64,000 nt of DNA from a virus (Duplodnaviria > Caudoviricetes): IMG/VR virus record IMGVR_UViG_3300042318_001133, positions 1 through 64,000 of that record; one strand, given 5' to 3'. Position numbers and translations under genes: made by a program. The notes beneath the pieces were generated by a model. The model worked only from the letters and a program-made list of their open reading frames with translations. It was not told the origin of the DNA and made no database searches. Shown piece by piece: positions 9,340-19,376 of the stretch. Position 1 is the first letter of the stretch; the number at the start of each line of letters is the position of its first letter.

Positions 9340-10344
9340 TTATTTTTTTACAGTAATTCCGTAGTGTTCGCGGATCTTTAACGCTAACGTGTCATATAGA
9401 TCTGGATTATCTCTCAAACAATCTGCAACTGCAGCTTTTCCTTGTCCAAGCTTTGTGCCATCGTAAGCATACCAGGATCCACTCTTTTCAAGAATACCTG
9501 ACTCTGTGCCCAATACAACGATTTCAGACTCTCTCGAAACCCCTTCTCCGAACATAATGTCAAATTCACACGTCGTAAATGGTGGAGCTACTTTATTTTT
9601 TACAACTTTCACTTTTGTTGTATTTCCAGTTGCAGCCTCTCCATCTTTTAATTGCGCTTTGCGACGTACATCTAAACGAACAGATGCGTAGAATTTCAAT
9701 GCATTACCTCCCGTAGTTGTCTCTGGAGATCCAAACATTACGCCAATCTTTTCACGCAACTGATTAATGAAGATTACAGTACATCCAGTTCGACTAATCG
9801 ATGCAGTCATTTTACGACACGCTTGCGACATTAATCTTGCATGTAAGCCCATTTTCGAATCACCCATCTCACCTTCAATTTCTGCTTTTGGAGTAAGTGC
9901 AGCTACTGAGTCAATTACAACCAAATCAACTTCTCCTGACTTAATTAACGTATCTGCAATCTCCAACGCCTGCTCTCCGTTATCTGGTTGAACGTAGAAT
10001 AGCTCTTCCATATCAACGCCTAAGCATTCTGCATAAAACTTATCAAAAGCATGCTCTGCATCGATGAATGCAGCAACTCCTCCTTGTTTCTGTACTTCAG
10101 CAATTGCGTGTAGCGTTAGTGTTGTTTTTCCAGAAGACTCTGGTCCGTAGATTTCAATAATCCTTCCTTTAGGAAAGCCTCCAACACCTAATGCGATATC
10201 GAGTGACATGATTCCGGAAGATGTAAATTCCACCTTCTGAATATCTTTCGTTCCTTTCATTACAGCACCTTTGCCGTATGTCTTATTCAATTGATCGTAA
10301 ACACCTTGCAGTTTTTTAGGATCTCTTTCTCTTTCTTGACTCAT
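9340..10344 (-). CDS. recA: RecA recombinase (bacterial type)
   Basis: [80 protein letters not shown]. Confidence 0.98.
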   Translation of the reverse strand: MSQERERDPKKLQGVYDQLNKTYGKGAVMKGTKDIQKVEFTSSGIMSLDIALGVGGFPKGRIIEIYGPESSGKTTLTLHAIAEVQKQGGVAAFIDAEHAFDKFYAECLGVDMEELFYVQPDNGEQALEIADTLIKSGEVDLVVIDSVAALTPKAEIEGEMGDSKMGLHARLMSQACRKMTASISRTGCTVIFINQLREKIGVMFGSPETTTGGNALKFYASVRLDVRRKAQLKDGEAATGNTTKVKVVKNKVAPPFTTCEFDIMFGEGVSRESEIVVLGTESGILEKSGSWYAYDGTKLGQGKAAVADCLRDNPDLYDTLALKIREHYGITVKK

Positions 10345-11366
10345 TGAATTTTCTCTAAATAAATTAAACCTCGTTTTGCTTCATATTTCTCTTTCTTGCA
10401 AAAGTCTTTAAATTCCTTCACTACCTCAGCTTTATTGAATTGAACAAACTCATCGATATTCAGTGTCGTAAGGTCTGCTTGAATCTCGGTACTATCGAAC
10501 TTCACATCAATGCCCGCTCTTTCGAATTTACTCTTATCGATTGCAACCAACTTCGACTTCTCTCCTTGGAATTTGAATCGAATATTGTCTGTCGAATCGG
10601 CATACTCAGAAAGTAGTTGATCTAACTCATTTGCTTTCAAATTATCGACATCAATCTTGATAGTGATGTATTCGGTAAACTCAGCCTTTTGAAATTCATG
10701 GGATCCGTCATTGTAAATGATAGTAAATCCCTTATTTGAATCTTCTCCAAAATTCTTTTGAAGAGCGGATCCAATATAGTGTACGTTATGAATAATGCTT
10801 TGATCGTGATAGTGTCCTACCAATACAGAATCGAAAGACTTGAATGCTGTACGATTAAGATTATTTTCAATCACAGATCCGTCATTATTTCTTACACCAT
10901 TTACTGCAATATGTGTAATTAGAATATTCTTCTTTTTCTTGTCTAATTCAAAAGAATTGAGACGTTCAATATAACTTCCACTTTCTAAGAAATAAGGCAG
11001 CCAATGAATATCTACGCCATCGTGTTGTGTTGTAAATTCTTTTCGATGCAATGTGAAGCTTGGATGCCATCTATAAACATCTAAGTAGCTCAATTCACTG
11101 TCATAGTCGACTTTGTCGTGATTTCCTGGAATTGCCTCTAATACGACTCCAGACTCTTCGAAAAGATCTAAGATTTCAATAAATGCTGCCAATACAGTAA
11201 GTGGTTGACTTTTGCGAGATTCAAAGATATCTCCAGCATGCCAAACCTCTCCCAAACCCAAAGACTCTGCAACAAGAATTGCTTGTCGAAAGATTGCCTT
11301 TTGTGCATCGATATTCTCACGTTCCATGTGAGTATCTGTTAGTAATATTCCGATTGGTTTTCTCAT
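10341..11366 (-). CDS. sbcD: SbcD/Mre11-like (gp47-like) metallophosphoesterase nuclease
   Basis: LTDTH, HAGDIFE, PGNHD, LITH, VGHYH motifs; located beside sbcC. Start could also be 11375. Confidence 0.9.
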   Translation of the reverse strand: MRKPIGILLTDTHMERENIDAQKAIFRQAILVAESLGLGEVWHAGDIFESRKSQPLTVLAAFIEILDLFEESGVVLEAIPGNHDKVDYDSELSYLDVYRWHPSFTLHRKEFTTQHDGVDIHWLPYFLESGSYIERLNSFELDKKKKNILITHIAVNGVRNNDGSVIENNLNRTAFKSFDSVLVGHYHDQSIIHNVHYIGSALQKNFGEDSNKGFTIIYNDGSHEFQKAEFTEYITIKIDVDNLKANELDQLLSEYADSTDNIRFKFQGEKSKLVAIDKSKFERAGIDVKFDSTEIQADLTTLNIDEFVQFNKAEVVKEFKDFCKKEKYEAKRGLIYLEKIQ

Positions 11367-11377
11367 ACGATTCAAAT

Positions 11378-11407
11378 AAAAAAGGTACCGCTACTCACGG
11401 TACCCTT
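11378..11407 (-). terminator. Rho-independent terminator after the SSB gene
   Basis: Minus strand GGTACCG-TGAGTAG-CGGTACCTTTTTT. Confidence 0.8.
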
Positions 11408-11415
11408 AAAGATTG

Positions 11416-12705
11416 TTATGCTTTTTTAGCTAATTTAGCTTTCATGTCAGCCATTCTACTTCCAGTTGAAGGAGCTGCTTTTGGCGGCTCTGCAGATTCA
11501 GATGGTGCAGTTGCGATCTCCATCTCTTGACGAATGAAATCTCTCACTTCATCGTCTGAATACTTTGGAAGGACTTGAATATCCAATTCATTCTCCATGA
11601 TAAATGCTTTCAAAGCTGCACGATCCATATTGTCGAAATCATCTTCCCATGGCAATTTATCTACTACGACAGGTGCAGTTGCTACTGGACTCGACATATC
11701 TTCTTCCTCCTCATATTCTTCGACAATCGGCTCAGCAACTTTCTTCGCTGGAGCTGCTTTCGCAACTTTTACCGGTGCAGCTTTCGCTGGAGCTGCCTTT
11801 GTAGGAGCTTCATCTTCATCCTCCTCAGCATCTTCTGGATAGTATGCATCAATTACTGTACAAATATCCAACCACTCATCGTGAGCAAATGCATGATATC
11901 CGTTCTCTTCATCGAAAATTCTCAAGCCATTTAATGCCTTTTCGAAATCTTTTCTTTTGTAGCAATTTTGGTAAATTGTCTCAAGAGAATCTGCTGCGAT
12001 TAAATCTTCCAACTCTTGATCTGTTAAAGTATAATCACCTCTCCACTCTAAAGTTGCTGTATATTTTTTTGACGGATCTTTCTCTGCTTTATTGTAGACA
12101 ATGATAATCGCTTTTCCTAAGTCTGGATCTGAGAAAGGATCGGTTTGAATTACGTCATTTGACTGATCTTCTGTGATCGCTAACGTATTCATGGTATCTT
12201 TTACCATTCCAGGTAATTCTAAGCGTCCTAAAGTCTTTGTATTGCCTTCGATTTTCAATGCATATACGATCCAAGTGATACGACCTCTTACACCCACTTT
12301 CCAGTTTGTAAGATTAAATAAACGCGTTTTACGTTCTTCTGGATCTTGACACTCATCGTAAACGATTTTTTCAACAAACTTGATATACTCTTCAATAATG
12401 TCTTTTGGAGTACCTCCGTGAGTTCTTGAATTGAATAAAGGACGTCTCTGAATTTCAGTAATCTCTTTACCGTCTTTCGTGTAAGTTACTTCTTGTGGTA
12501 ACCAAGACACTTGTTTTGGATACATGAACGACTTCGCATCAGGATGCGCCGGCATAATTCTCCACTTTGATTGCCCTTCTGGGATTTTATGGAAAGAAAC
12601 TCTTCCATCGTTATCAGCTCCACCACGAGGAGTTTGATTTTCACTTTCTTGTTGCTTTAAGGTTGCAACTTCTGTTGCCTTAAATTTTGATCTGTCAAAA
12701 GCCAT
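11416..12705 (-). CDS. Single-stranded DNA-binding protein (gp32-like) with a long C-terminal extension
   Basis: Located among recombination genes; N-terminal RVSFHKIPEGQSKWRIMP and DPFSDPDLGKAIII are typical of phage gp32-like SSBs; followed by acidic and Ala/Pro/Lys-rich linkers. Confidence 0.72.
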   Translation of the reverse strand: MAFDRSKFKATEVATLKQQESENQTPRGGADNDGRVSFHKIPEGQSKWRIMPAHPDAKSFMYPKQVSWLPQEVTYTKDGKEITEIQRRPLFNSRTHGGTPKDIIEEYIKFVEKIVYDECQDPEERKTRLFNLTNWKVGVRGRITWIVYALKIEGNTKTLGRLELPGMVKDTMNTLAITEDQSNDVIQTDPFSDPDLGKAIIIVYNKAEKDPSKKYTATLEWRGDYTLTDQELEDLIAADSLETIYQNCYKRKDFEKALNGLRIFDEENGYHAFAHDEWLDICTVIDAYYPEDAEEDEDEAPTKAAPAKAAPVKVAKAAPAKKVAEPIVEEYEEEEDMSSPVATAPVVVDKLPWEDDFDNMDRAALKAFIMENELDIQVLPKYSDDEVRDFIRQEMEIATAPSESAEPPKAAPSTGSRMADMKAKLAKKA

Positions 12706-12808
12706 TTTTAATGTTTTAACGGTTTATACTATGTTTTCTGTGGCACCCAACTCCACTTTTTCTTGGGGGTATTAAACAGATTCAATCGCCTTGATTGTTT
12801 CATGTTGT

Positions 12809-12827
12809 AAATATACAAAGGATATCT
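12809..12827 (-). promoter_or_regulatory. Palindromic promoter/operator variant (AAATATAC-AAA-GGATATCT)
   Basis: Degenerate copy in the intergenic region upstream of the SSB gene. Confidence 0.55.
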
Positions 12828-12848
12828 TTTGTAGCAACATCTCGAGCC

Positions 12849-13400
12849 CTAAGAAATCAATTTTTTATGAAATTTAATCATGATTCCGTTGATTTTACCT
12901 TCAATCATTTCACGCTCAAATTCTTCAGGCTTCAAGTTGTCTGCAATTCTATTAAGCTTTTGATCTTTACTTTTTACAGCCCAATATAAACTATCCATAT
13001 AGTCGTACTCTTTCTCGATTCGCAAAGTTCTCTCTCTTAATTTGATGTAATTCTCATCTTTTAGGATTGAGTTATCTACCTCATCTTTTGTGGCGTACGA
13101 ATACTTAGGATTACCTTTATAATCTGTCGTCTGCTTCAAACTTCCCTTGCGATAATTCTCCTTTGCAGTTGCTTCGGCAATATCCAGTTGAAGGTTAGCT
13201 CGACGTACAGCATCTTGCGCTTCAGCTCTCAACCAACCAACACGATTGAGAAGGGCAGAGATCGTTAAAATCTCTCCCATTAGGTTGTCGTAGTGGATCC
13301 TTACTAAATCATCAACATCTACATCAGCATCAAATTGATCGAAGTGTAGCGTGACAATCTTCTCTTTAAAATGAACTACTATTTTCTCTTTTTCTTCCAT
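12849..13400 (-). CDS. Helical protein, possible UvsY-like recombination mediator
   Basis: 183 aa, coiled-coil-like; TKDEVDNSILKDENYIKL...YDYMDSLYWAVKSKDQKL is reminiscent of UvsY; lies between dnaE and the SSB gene. Confidence 0.45.
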   Translation of the reverse strand: MEEKEKIVVHFKEKIVTLHFDQFDADVDVDDLVRIHYDNLMGEILTISALLNRVGWLRAEAQDAVRRANLQLDIAEATAKENYRKGSLKQTTDYKGNPKYSYATKDEVDNSILKDENYIKLRERTLRIEKEYDYMDSLYWAVKSKDQKLNRIADNLKPEEFEREMIEGKINGIMIKFHKKLIS

Positions 13401-13402
13401 AA

Positions 13403-16400
13403 TTACAATACCTCAAAAACCGTATCTTTGTCTGTGTTAATAATATTACTTTTATGTTTGAAGTCGTCAAACTGAACCTTTCCTTCAACTATCAATATGC
13501 AGTTTTTGCTGTCAATAATATCCTTACGAGCCTTCACCCATTCACCTGCCCAAAACGTAACAGCGATAAGATCTGAATTGCAATCGATTATAATGTTGGC
13601 AAACTTGCCATTTTTACTCTGTCTCTCTTTCACTTCAACCACAATTCCCGCAACGATACGACGTGAACGCTCTCTTTCTTTAATGTCACGTAAAGTTGCA
13701 GCATCTGCAAACTTTGCGAAATGATCTTTACATGCACTCATTTTAATGACATTGCGATAATCAAAAGATCCAAGACCAGAGATAAGTTTTTGCTGCAATC
13801 TCCACCACCACTCTTTCTTTCCGATGAATTTAGATGGTAATTCTTCTTTTCGAAGCTTGAAATACTCTCTCAAAATCTCAATACGATCCGAAAGACGCTC
13901 TTCAATGCGATATAGAGAATCGAAAGATCCGGCCAATATTAAGTTCACAAACACATCTTTCTTTACCTTTCCTTTTGGCAATCTCTCAAATGCTTCTTCA
14001 ATGTCATAAAACTTACCACCTCTCTCTCTTTCTTCGATAATTACTGCAGAAGCAACCGTTCCACACTGTTTGATTCTACCTAATGACCAATACAAGTGCT
14101 TCTTATCGAAATCTGCAGTCAGGTTAATTTGAGAACTGTTAATGTCTGGAGGACGAATAACTACTCCACTATTCGATCTTCCAATTTCACTAATGTATTT
14201 TGAAATATCTCCCTCTGCTGCAAATTGGAATGCTACAGTCCAGAACTGAACTGGATATGCAAATTTCAACCAATTACACATATATCCGGTTATCGAATAA
14301 GCTGCAGCGTGGGATTTATTGAATCCATATCCAGAGAACACTTCCAGAGTGTCCCAAATCTGTTCCGCTTCAGCTTGATCGCAACCCCTTTCAAGAGCAC
14401 CTTTGATGAATAAGATCTTGTAGCCATCCATCTGTTCTTTGATCTTTTTACCCATCGCTTTACGTACACCATCTGCTTCAACTAAACTAAATCCACCCAA
14501 TACTTGCATGGCCTTCATTACTTGCTCTTGATAGATGTATAGTCCGTAAGTATCTTGCGTCACTTCTCTCAATCCATAATCGTAATGCGGATCCTCTTGA
14601 CCAGCCTTACATTTTACGTATTTATTGTGAGCGCCCGAACTCATCGTTCCTGGACGATGTAGTGCAATCATCGCAATAAGATCGTCGATACTATCTGGCT
14701 GTACAGACTTTGAATAGCCTATCAATCCATCTGTTCCGAAGTGAAATACATCTTCACTCAAACCTTGTTGAAACAGTTCAAATACTCCAGGTTCATTCAG
14801 TGGAATATCTTCAAGTCCCAAATCCTTACCAGTTGTCTGTTTGATTAGATTGAAGATGGCACGAAACTTGTCTAATTGCTTAATTCCCAAGATATCTTCC
14901 TTCAAGAATCCAGCCTTCTCAGTAAACGACCCCTCCCACTCTGAAATCAACTGACCATCTGCAGTCTTACGAACTGGCAGCCAATCGTAAATCGTCATAG
15001 GTTCTCCATCTTCATCAAACTTTGGAACGATAACAGTAGCACATGCATGTATAGATGCTGATTTTGGTTGACCTAAACACAATGGAATGAGATTAATCAT
15101 GTCAGCATTATCACACAGAAACTCTTTTACTTTCGACTTCGTTGTTGCATTTATAAATAGCGTTTTGAAGTTCTCTTTTTCGATATCTAATACGGCAGTG
15201 ATGTAGTTGGCAGTCGCAAAGTCTATTTCATGTTGACGAGATAAATCTTTCAATGCACCTTTCAATTGTAGTGTTGTATAGGTTCCTACTGAACAGACAT
15301 AGTCTTTGCCATATTTATCAATCATGTATTGCTTCACCTCCTCTCGACGAATTCCCTCGAAATCCGTATCGATATCAGGTAGAGATGACTTAATCCTTGA
15401 CTCATTCAAGAAACGCTCAAATAACAAGCCATATCGCAAAGGATCCAACTTCGTTATCCCCATCATATATGCAATTAAAGAGCCTCCAGCCGATCCACGA
15501 CCAACTCCCGTTAAGATACCATTCTTGCGACACCAATTGTTAATGTCCCATAGAATTAAGAAGTAGCTTTGAAATCCTCCTCTTGAAATTACATCAGCCT
15601 CTACTTCAATACGCTCCAAATAATCGTCAAGCGTAAAACCTTCTGCTGGAACGATCTTCTCAATAGCACCCTCAATGATGTGCCAAAACAAATCTTCATT
15701 ACTGCCACAAATAGCAGCTTCATCGGGATTCATTTCATATTGAGGTAAGTGAAGCTTTCCTAATGGAATTTGAAAATTGCAAGATTCTCCAAGAATCTCT
15801 AAGTTTTGAAGAGCTTGTTGAAATACCTCGAAAACCCTTTCATCTTCCTCGTGAAATAGGTTTGCAATATCTTGAAATAATTGATCTACGGATTTGAAAT
15901 ACTCTTCATTGGATCCATTTGAACCTCCATTGCCTATTTTATTCAAAAGCGGCTTAATGACACAATCCATTTGATCGAGATAATATGCATCTGAGAGAAG
16001 TATTGGTTCGATCTTATTCATCCATTTATCGAGATAGTCTCTATGTGCATTTAGAGAGGTAAAGTCTTTCTGAGGCGATGTATATTCAACTGGATTAAAT
16101 TGACAAAAACATGCATCGAAACTACTTTTTAATTGAGCGATGAGTTTATCTGACAATGGACATTCTGGATGAATAACGATTGCAACACCCTCTCCTTTCG
16201 TCAGTAACGTATCGACGTCAATACATTTATTTACACTATCAATGTTGATGACTTTATTGATATTCAATACATTCTTCCAACCTCTTTTATTCATAGCAAA
16301 CACACGAACATCTTGGATCTTCTTGTTGTCGTGAAAATCAACAGAGATCGTCTCTCCAAGTATGGGTTTAATTTTACTCGAATTACATTCCAATTGAAAA

Positions 16401-16840
16401 GACATAGTTCCTGCTAAAGTGTTGCGTTCGCAAATTGCAAGAGTCTCGTATCCAAGAAAGCGTGCCTTCTTACACCAATCTCGATAATCTCGAGATCCAT
16501 TTAACAATTCATATTGCCCATGTACACCTAAATGTGTCGTACTGGATAATTCTTGTTTTGCAGATCCAACGTAGCGTAATGGAATTAGCTCTGGTTCGTG
16601 TATATTATTGATTGGAGTGTAGTAATATTGACCTCCAAAGATAAATGCATAGAAGTTGGAATCTGATGAATGTGCTTCGTTAAATTCACGAGGCTCTACG
16701 ATCAAATTAAATGTATCGCCAAAAACACGATCTGTATCAGCCAGTACATAAAATCTACCGACACCCTCTATTTCGAAAAGATGATCTGTTATAAAGGTAG
16801 CGTCTAACAGATGTACCTCAATCCATTCTTGAATTTTCAT
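13403..16840 (-). CDS. dnaE: DNA polymerase III alpha subunit (family C)
   Basis: 1145 aa; PHP region, GRGSAGGSL, LLFERFLN, PDIDTDF, KEDILG, YQEQVM, FNKSHAAAYS, C-terminal OB fold. Confidence 0.96.
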   Translation of the reverse strand: MKIQEWIEVHLLDATFITDHLFEIEGVGRFYVLADTDRVFGDTFNLIVEPREFNEAHSSDSNFYAFIFGGQYYYTPINNIHEPELIPLRYVGSAKQELSSTTHLGVHGQYELLNGSRDYRDWCKKARFLGYETLAICERNTLAGTMSFQLECNSSKIKPILGETISVDFHDNKKIQDVRVFAMNKRGWKNVLNINKVINIDSVNKCIDVDTLLTKGEGVAIVIHPECPLSDKLIAQLKSSFDACFCQFNPVEYTSPQKDFTSLNAHRDYLDKWMNKIEPILLSDAYYLDQMDCVIKPLLNKIGNGGSNGSNEEYFKSVDQLFQDIANLFHEEDERVFEVFQQALQNLEILGESCNFQIPLGKLHLPQYEMNPDEAAICGSNEDLFWHIIEGAIEKIVPAEGFTLDDYLERIEVEADVISRGGFQSYFLILWDINNWCRKNGILTGVGRGSAGGSLIAYMMGITKLDPLRYGLLFERFLNESRIKSSLPDIDTDFEGIRREEVKQYMIDKYGKDYVCSVGTYTTLQLKGALKDLSRQHEIDFATANYITAVLDIEKENFKTLFINATTKSKVKEFLCDNADMINLIPLCLGQPKSASIHACATVIVPKFDEDGEPMTIYDWLPVRKTADGQLISEWEGSFTEKAGFLKEDILGIKQLDKFRAIFNLIKQTTGKDLGLEDIPLNEPGVFELFQQGLSEDVFHFGTDGLIGYSKSVQPDSIDDLIAMIALHRPGTMSSGAHNKYVKCKAGQEDPHYDYGLREVTQDTYGLYIYQEQVMKAMQVLGGFSLVEADGVRKAMGKKIKEQMDGYKILFIKGALERGCDQAEAEQIWDTLEVFSGYGFNKSHAAAYSITGYMCNWLKFAYPVQFWTVAFQFAAEGDISKYISEIGRSNSGVVIRPPDINSSQINLTADFDKKHLYWSLGRIKQCGTVASAVIIEERERGGKFYDIEEAFERLPKGKVKKDVFVNLILAGSFDSLYRIEERLSDRIEILREYFKLRKEELPSKFIGKKEWWWRLQQKLISGLGSFDYRNVIKMSACKDHFAKFADAATLRDIKERERSRRIVAGIVVEVKERQSKNGKFANIIIDCNSDLIAVTFWAGEWVKARKDIIDSKNCILIVEGKVQFDDFKHKSNIINTDKDTVFEVL

Positions 16841-16842
16841 AT

Positions 16843-17460
16843 TTATTGTATTTGACTGTTAAATTGACGAACTATCTTAACAAACATTGCCGCTGTAACT
16901 TTATGAATACATCCTCGTCTTTGAGTGGGCCTTAGTGTAGTTTTATAGTCACTTTCCTTAATAAAAGTTGGTAGCTTGTCTTGAAGATCTTGCTTCGACT
17001 CAATGTCGTAAATCACTACAGTACCGTAAACATATACGTGATTGTAGTGTGTCATAGATTCAAATCGAAATATCGGCTTACTGTTAAGTGAAATTACAAG
17101 TCCATATTTCTTCTTCCAGAATCGAAAATCTGGATTGATCGTAGAAAGCTGTTTAATGGTTTTAGTAAGGATTTGATCAGCCCATACGTGATTGCTGATC
17201 TGTAGTCCGGTAAAGTTCTTTGAACTCTTCTTAATACCATCGCCATCAATAGAGGTCAATAGAGTTCGCAGTTGCGTATCTACCTGTAGTTTAGTGAATG
17301 GTTGTGCTATTGAAAATAGCTCTGTAAGTGAATAGAGATCCAAATCACCTATTTTCCGTGAAGTGAGTATTTCTGAAATAAAGATACGTACTCTTTCGTA
17401 CGTATCTAATGGTTGATTGGTCTGGAAATGTGATTGAAGAAATTGTTCTAAATTATTCAC
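16843..17460 (-). CDS. Hypothetical protein
   Basis: 205-aa ORF ending 2 nt before the dnaE start. Confidence 0.75.
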   Translation of the reverse strand: MNNLEQFLQSHFQTNQPLDTYERVRIFISEILTSRKIGDLDLYSLTELFSIAQPFTKLQVDTQLRTLLTSIDGDGIKKSSKNFTGLQISNHVWADQILTKTIKQLSTINPDFRFWKKKYGLVISLNSKPIFRFESMTHYNHVYVYGTVVIYDIESKQDLQDKLPTFIKESDYKTTLRPTQRRGCIHKVTAAMFVKIVRQFNSQIQ

Positions 17461-17950
17461 TTTTCAGTTTTTTAATTAGTGCAGAAACATAACTTGGATG
17501 TGCTCCAATTTGCGTTGCAATATCCTTCGGAGAAGTTACGCCTTGAGCCATTAATGCTGTGATTTGATCTTTACGAGAAACTCCCGAATCTGCTACTGTC
17601 GATTCAACCTTCACCTCCTTGTTGACCTTTTTCTTTGATGCTTGAAATTTCTTTTTTGCAGCCTCTTCTTTATCTGACATTGAAGGCTCGTCCGGCAATC
17701 GAATTGCAGATGCTGCACTTCCAGGTTTACTCCAACTTTGCTGCAAACTAACCATAGTTGTTTTGCGCTGTATGTCTGTAGGTTTAGCGTCTCTACGTCG
17801 AATGTCGTGCCACAAAGCACTTAATTCCTTAACTGAACTTTTGGATCCGTTTTGGATATGAATTATTTCGTAAATCTCTACAAATTCAGGCTTTGACATT
17901 GAATGTGCATCGAAAATTACTTGAGGATTTGAACGATCTATGGATTTCAT
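17453..17950 (-). CDS. Putative DNA-binding protein with a C-terminal helix-turn-helix
   Basis: C-terminal RKDQITALMAQGVTSPKDIATQIGAHPSYVSALIKKLK is HTH-like. Confidence 0.65.
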   Translation of the reverse strand: MKSIDRSNPQVIFDAHSMSKPEFVEIYEIIHIQNGSKSSVKELSALWHDIRRRDAKPTDIQRKTTMVSLQQSWSKPGSAASAIRLPDEPSMSDKEEAAKKKFQASKKKVNKEVKVESTVADSGVSRKDQITALMAQGVTSPKDIATQIGAHPSYVSALIKKLKSE

Positions 17951-17967
17951 ACGATTTCAATTAAAAT

Positions 17968-17991
17968 GGAGCCCAACTTACATTAGGCTCC
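17968..17991 (-). terminator. Possible terminator between the two HTH genes
   Basis: Minus strand GGAGCCTAA-TGTAAG-TTGGGCTCC followed by ATTTT (weak U-tract). Confidence 0.5.
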
Positions 17992-17998
17992 GTGATTA

Positions 17999-18472
17999 CT
18001 ATTTTTCGCTTGATAAGATTTTACGATAGCGATCTATCACTCCGTAAGTGAATGAGTAGTGTGCTCCAATGATACGGTGAATGTCTGCGATCGACATATC
18101 TTTCTTCCATAAACGTCTCATCTTCTCACTTTTAGACAATTTAGCGTTATCTAAAATAGCACGGTGATGTTCGTTGATAAATACTTCAACATCTCTCTTC
18201 ACTCTATTGGCAAGTCCTTTCTTTTGTGGAGTTTCGATTACCTCCTCCATCGATTCAACGATCGCCTCTGGAGCTTCCGACACAATCTCCTCTTCAATTA
18301 CTGGCTCAACGATCTCCTCAATTTTATCCAATATCATTTGCTGTAATACAGCCTTAGACGTTCTTGAAATTGCTGACAGTCCAAGTGAAGTTCCATACTC
18401 TCTTAAATCTGTTAAGCCCATTACTTTAACTTCCTCTGAAGTTCTTTTTACGATTGCAGTTGCAGTTGCCAT
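17999..18472 (-). CDS. Putative DNA-binding protein: N-terminal Rho_N/HeH-like module, acidic linker, C-terminal HTH
   Basis: VKVMGLTDLREYGTSLGLSAISRTSKAVL, and SKSEKMRRLWKKDMSIADIHRIIGAHYSFTYGVI. Confidence 0.65.
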   Translation of the reverse strand: MATATAIVKRTSEEVKVMGLTDLREYGTSLGLSAISRTSKAVLQQMILDKIEEIVEPVIEEEIVSEAPEAIVESMEEVIETPQKKGLANRVKRDVEVFINEHHRAILDNAKLSKSEKMRRLWKKDMSIADIHRIIGAHYSFTYGVIDRYRKILSSEK

Positions 18473-18514
18473 TGTATTTATTTTTAAAAATTAACTATTT
18501 CTGTTTCTGATGGT

Positions 18515-18533
18515 AAATATACTATGTATATCT
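18515..18533 (-). promoter_or_regulatory. Palindromic promoter/operator motif (AAATATAC-TAT-GTATATCT)
   Basis: Intergenic, upstream of the HTH gene at 17999-18472. Confidence 0.7.
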
Positions 18534-18558
18534 CGACCGACCAACAAAATAATTATTT

Positions 18559-19374
18559 TTATTGGATTAAATTGTTGATCCAATCGATATTCTGCTTAAT
18601 TAGCGGAAAATGTTTTTCATCGTATGGTAAATTAAAATCTACCTCCAATTGAATTTTGCCATTTACAAGTCCTCTTCCAGAGTCATCGAAAGCGATGCCA
18701 TTAATTGCATGCCAGAATGCTGTAGATGAATCATTTGTATCTGCAACTCCCAACATTCGCATCATCATCAACTCTCTTGGATCTGCACATCCTAAATAGT
18801 GATGCTTTACTCTTTCATCGATAATTCCTTGCTCCTTTAAATATGCCGTAGCGTATGTTCGATTGAATGAGATGTCTTCAGTTCCAGTCTTTGAACAGAA
18901 TGCATTTGGAATACCCATAATACTCATTCCAATCCATTGCACTTCCTCAAGAGCCGTAAGTGCTCTATAGCAAGAGATCCATCCCTTCCAGTCTCCTTTT
19001 TGAGATTGTGGAACTGCCATCAACTTAACTGAAGGATCGAAGTAGTCGTGATATCTTTTTGAAAATGCTGTAGTTTGAATTACCGTCTTCTCCCAATGTT
19101 CGAATGGATAGTCAGGAGCAACTACAATATCTGGAGTAAATCCTGCACCTCCAATTAAACGAAACATCTCATCTGCCTCTAATGGTCTTTTGAACTCAAA
19201 CGCTCCATTGTCTACGATAATGTAATCTCCCTGCTCTTTACGTTTCTTGTAGAAGTCGCAATATGCTTTATCTTCCAGTAAATGAGCCAATAGTAAGTGA
19301 ATAGTAACGTCTTTCGGTACTAAATGTAAATACGCCGTTGGCGCAATAAAACAGTGTTGAAAATTCTTTTGCAT
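18559..19374 (-). CDS. dpdA: TGT-fold guanine transglycosylase, DpdA-like (inserts 7-deazaguanine derivatives into DNA)
   Basis: IIVDNGAFE (DSGxF-like), APD, AVPQ, HYLG, NDSS follow TGT/DpdA motif order; clustered with folE/queD/queE. Confidence 0.72.
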   Translation of the reverse strand: MQKNFQHCFIAPTAYLHLVPKDVTIHLLLAHLLEDKAYCDFYKKRKEQGDYIIVDNGAFEFKRPLEADEMFRLIGGAGFTPDIVVAPDYPFEHWEKTVIQTTAFSKRYHDYFDPSVKLMAVPQSQKGDWKGWISCYRALTALEEVQWIGMSIMGIPNAFCSKTGTEDISFNRTYATAYLKEQGIIDERVKHHYLGCADPRELMMMRMLGVADTNDSSTAFWHAINGIAFDDSGRGLVNGKIQLEVDFNLPYDEKHFPLIKQNIDWINNLIQ

Positions 19375-19376
19375 TG

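Noticed and set aside
12706-12848. Replication origin in the gap between the SSB gene and the UvsY-like gene
   Set aside because: Only a promoter-like dyad and a weak hairpin are present; no iterons or clear AT-rich unwinding element
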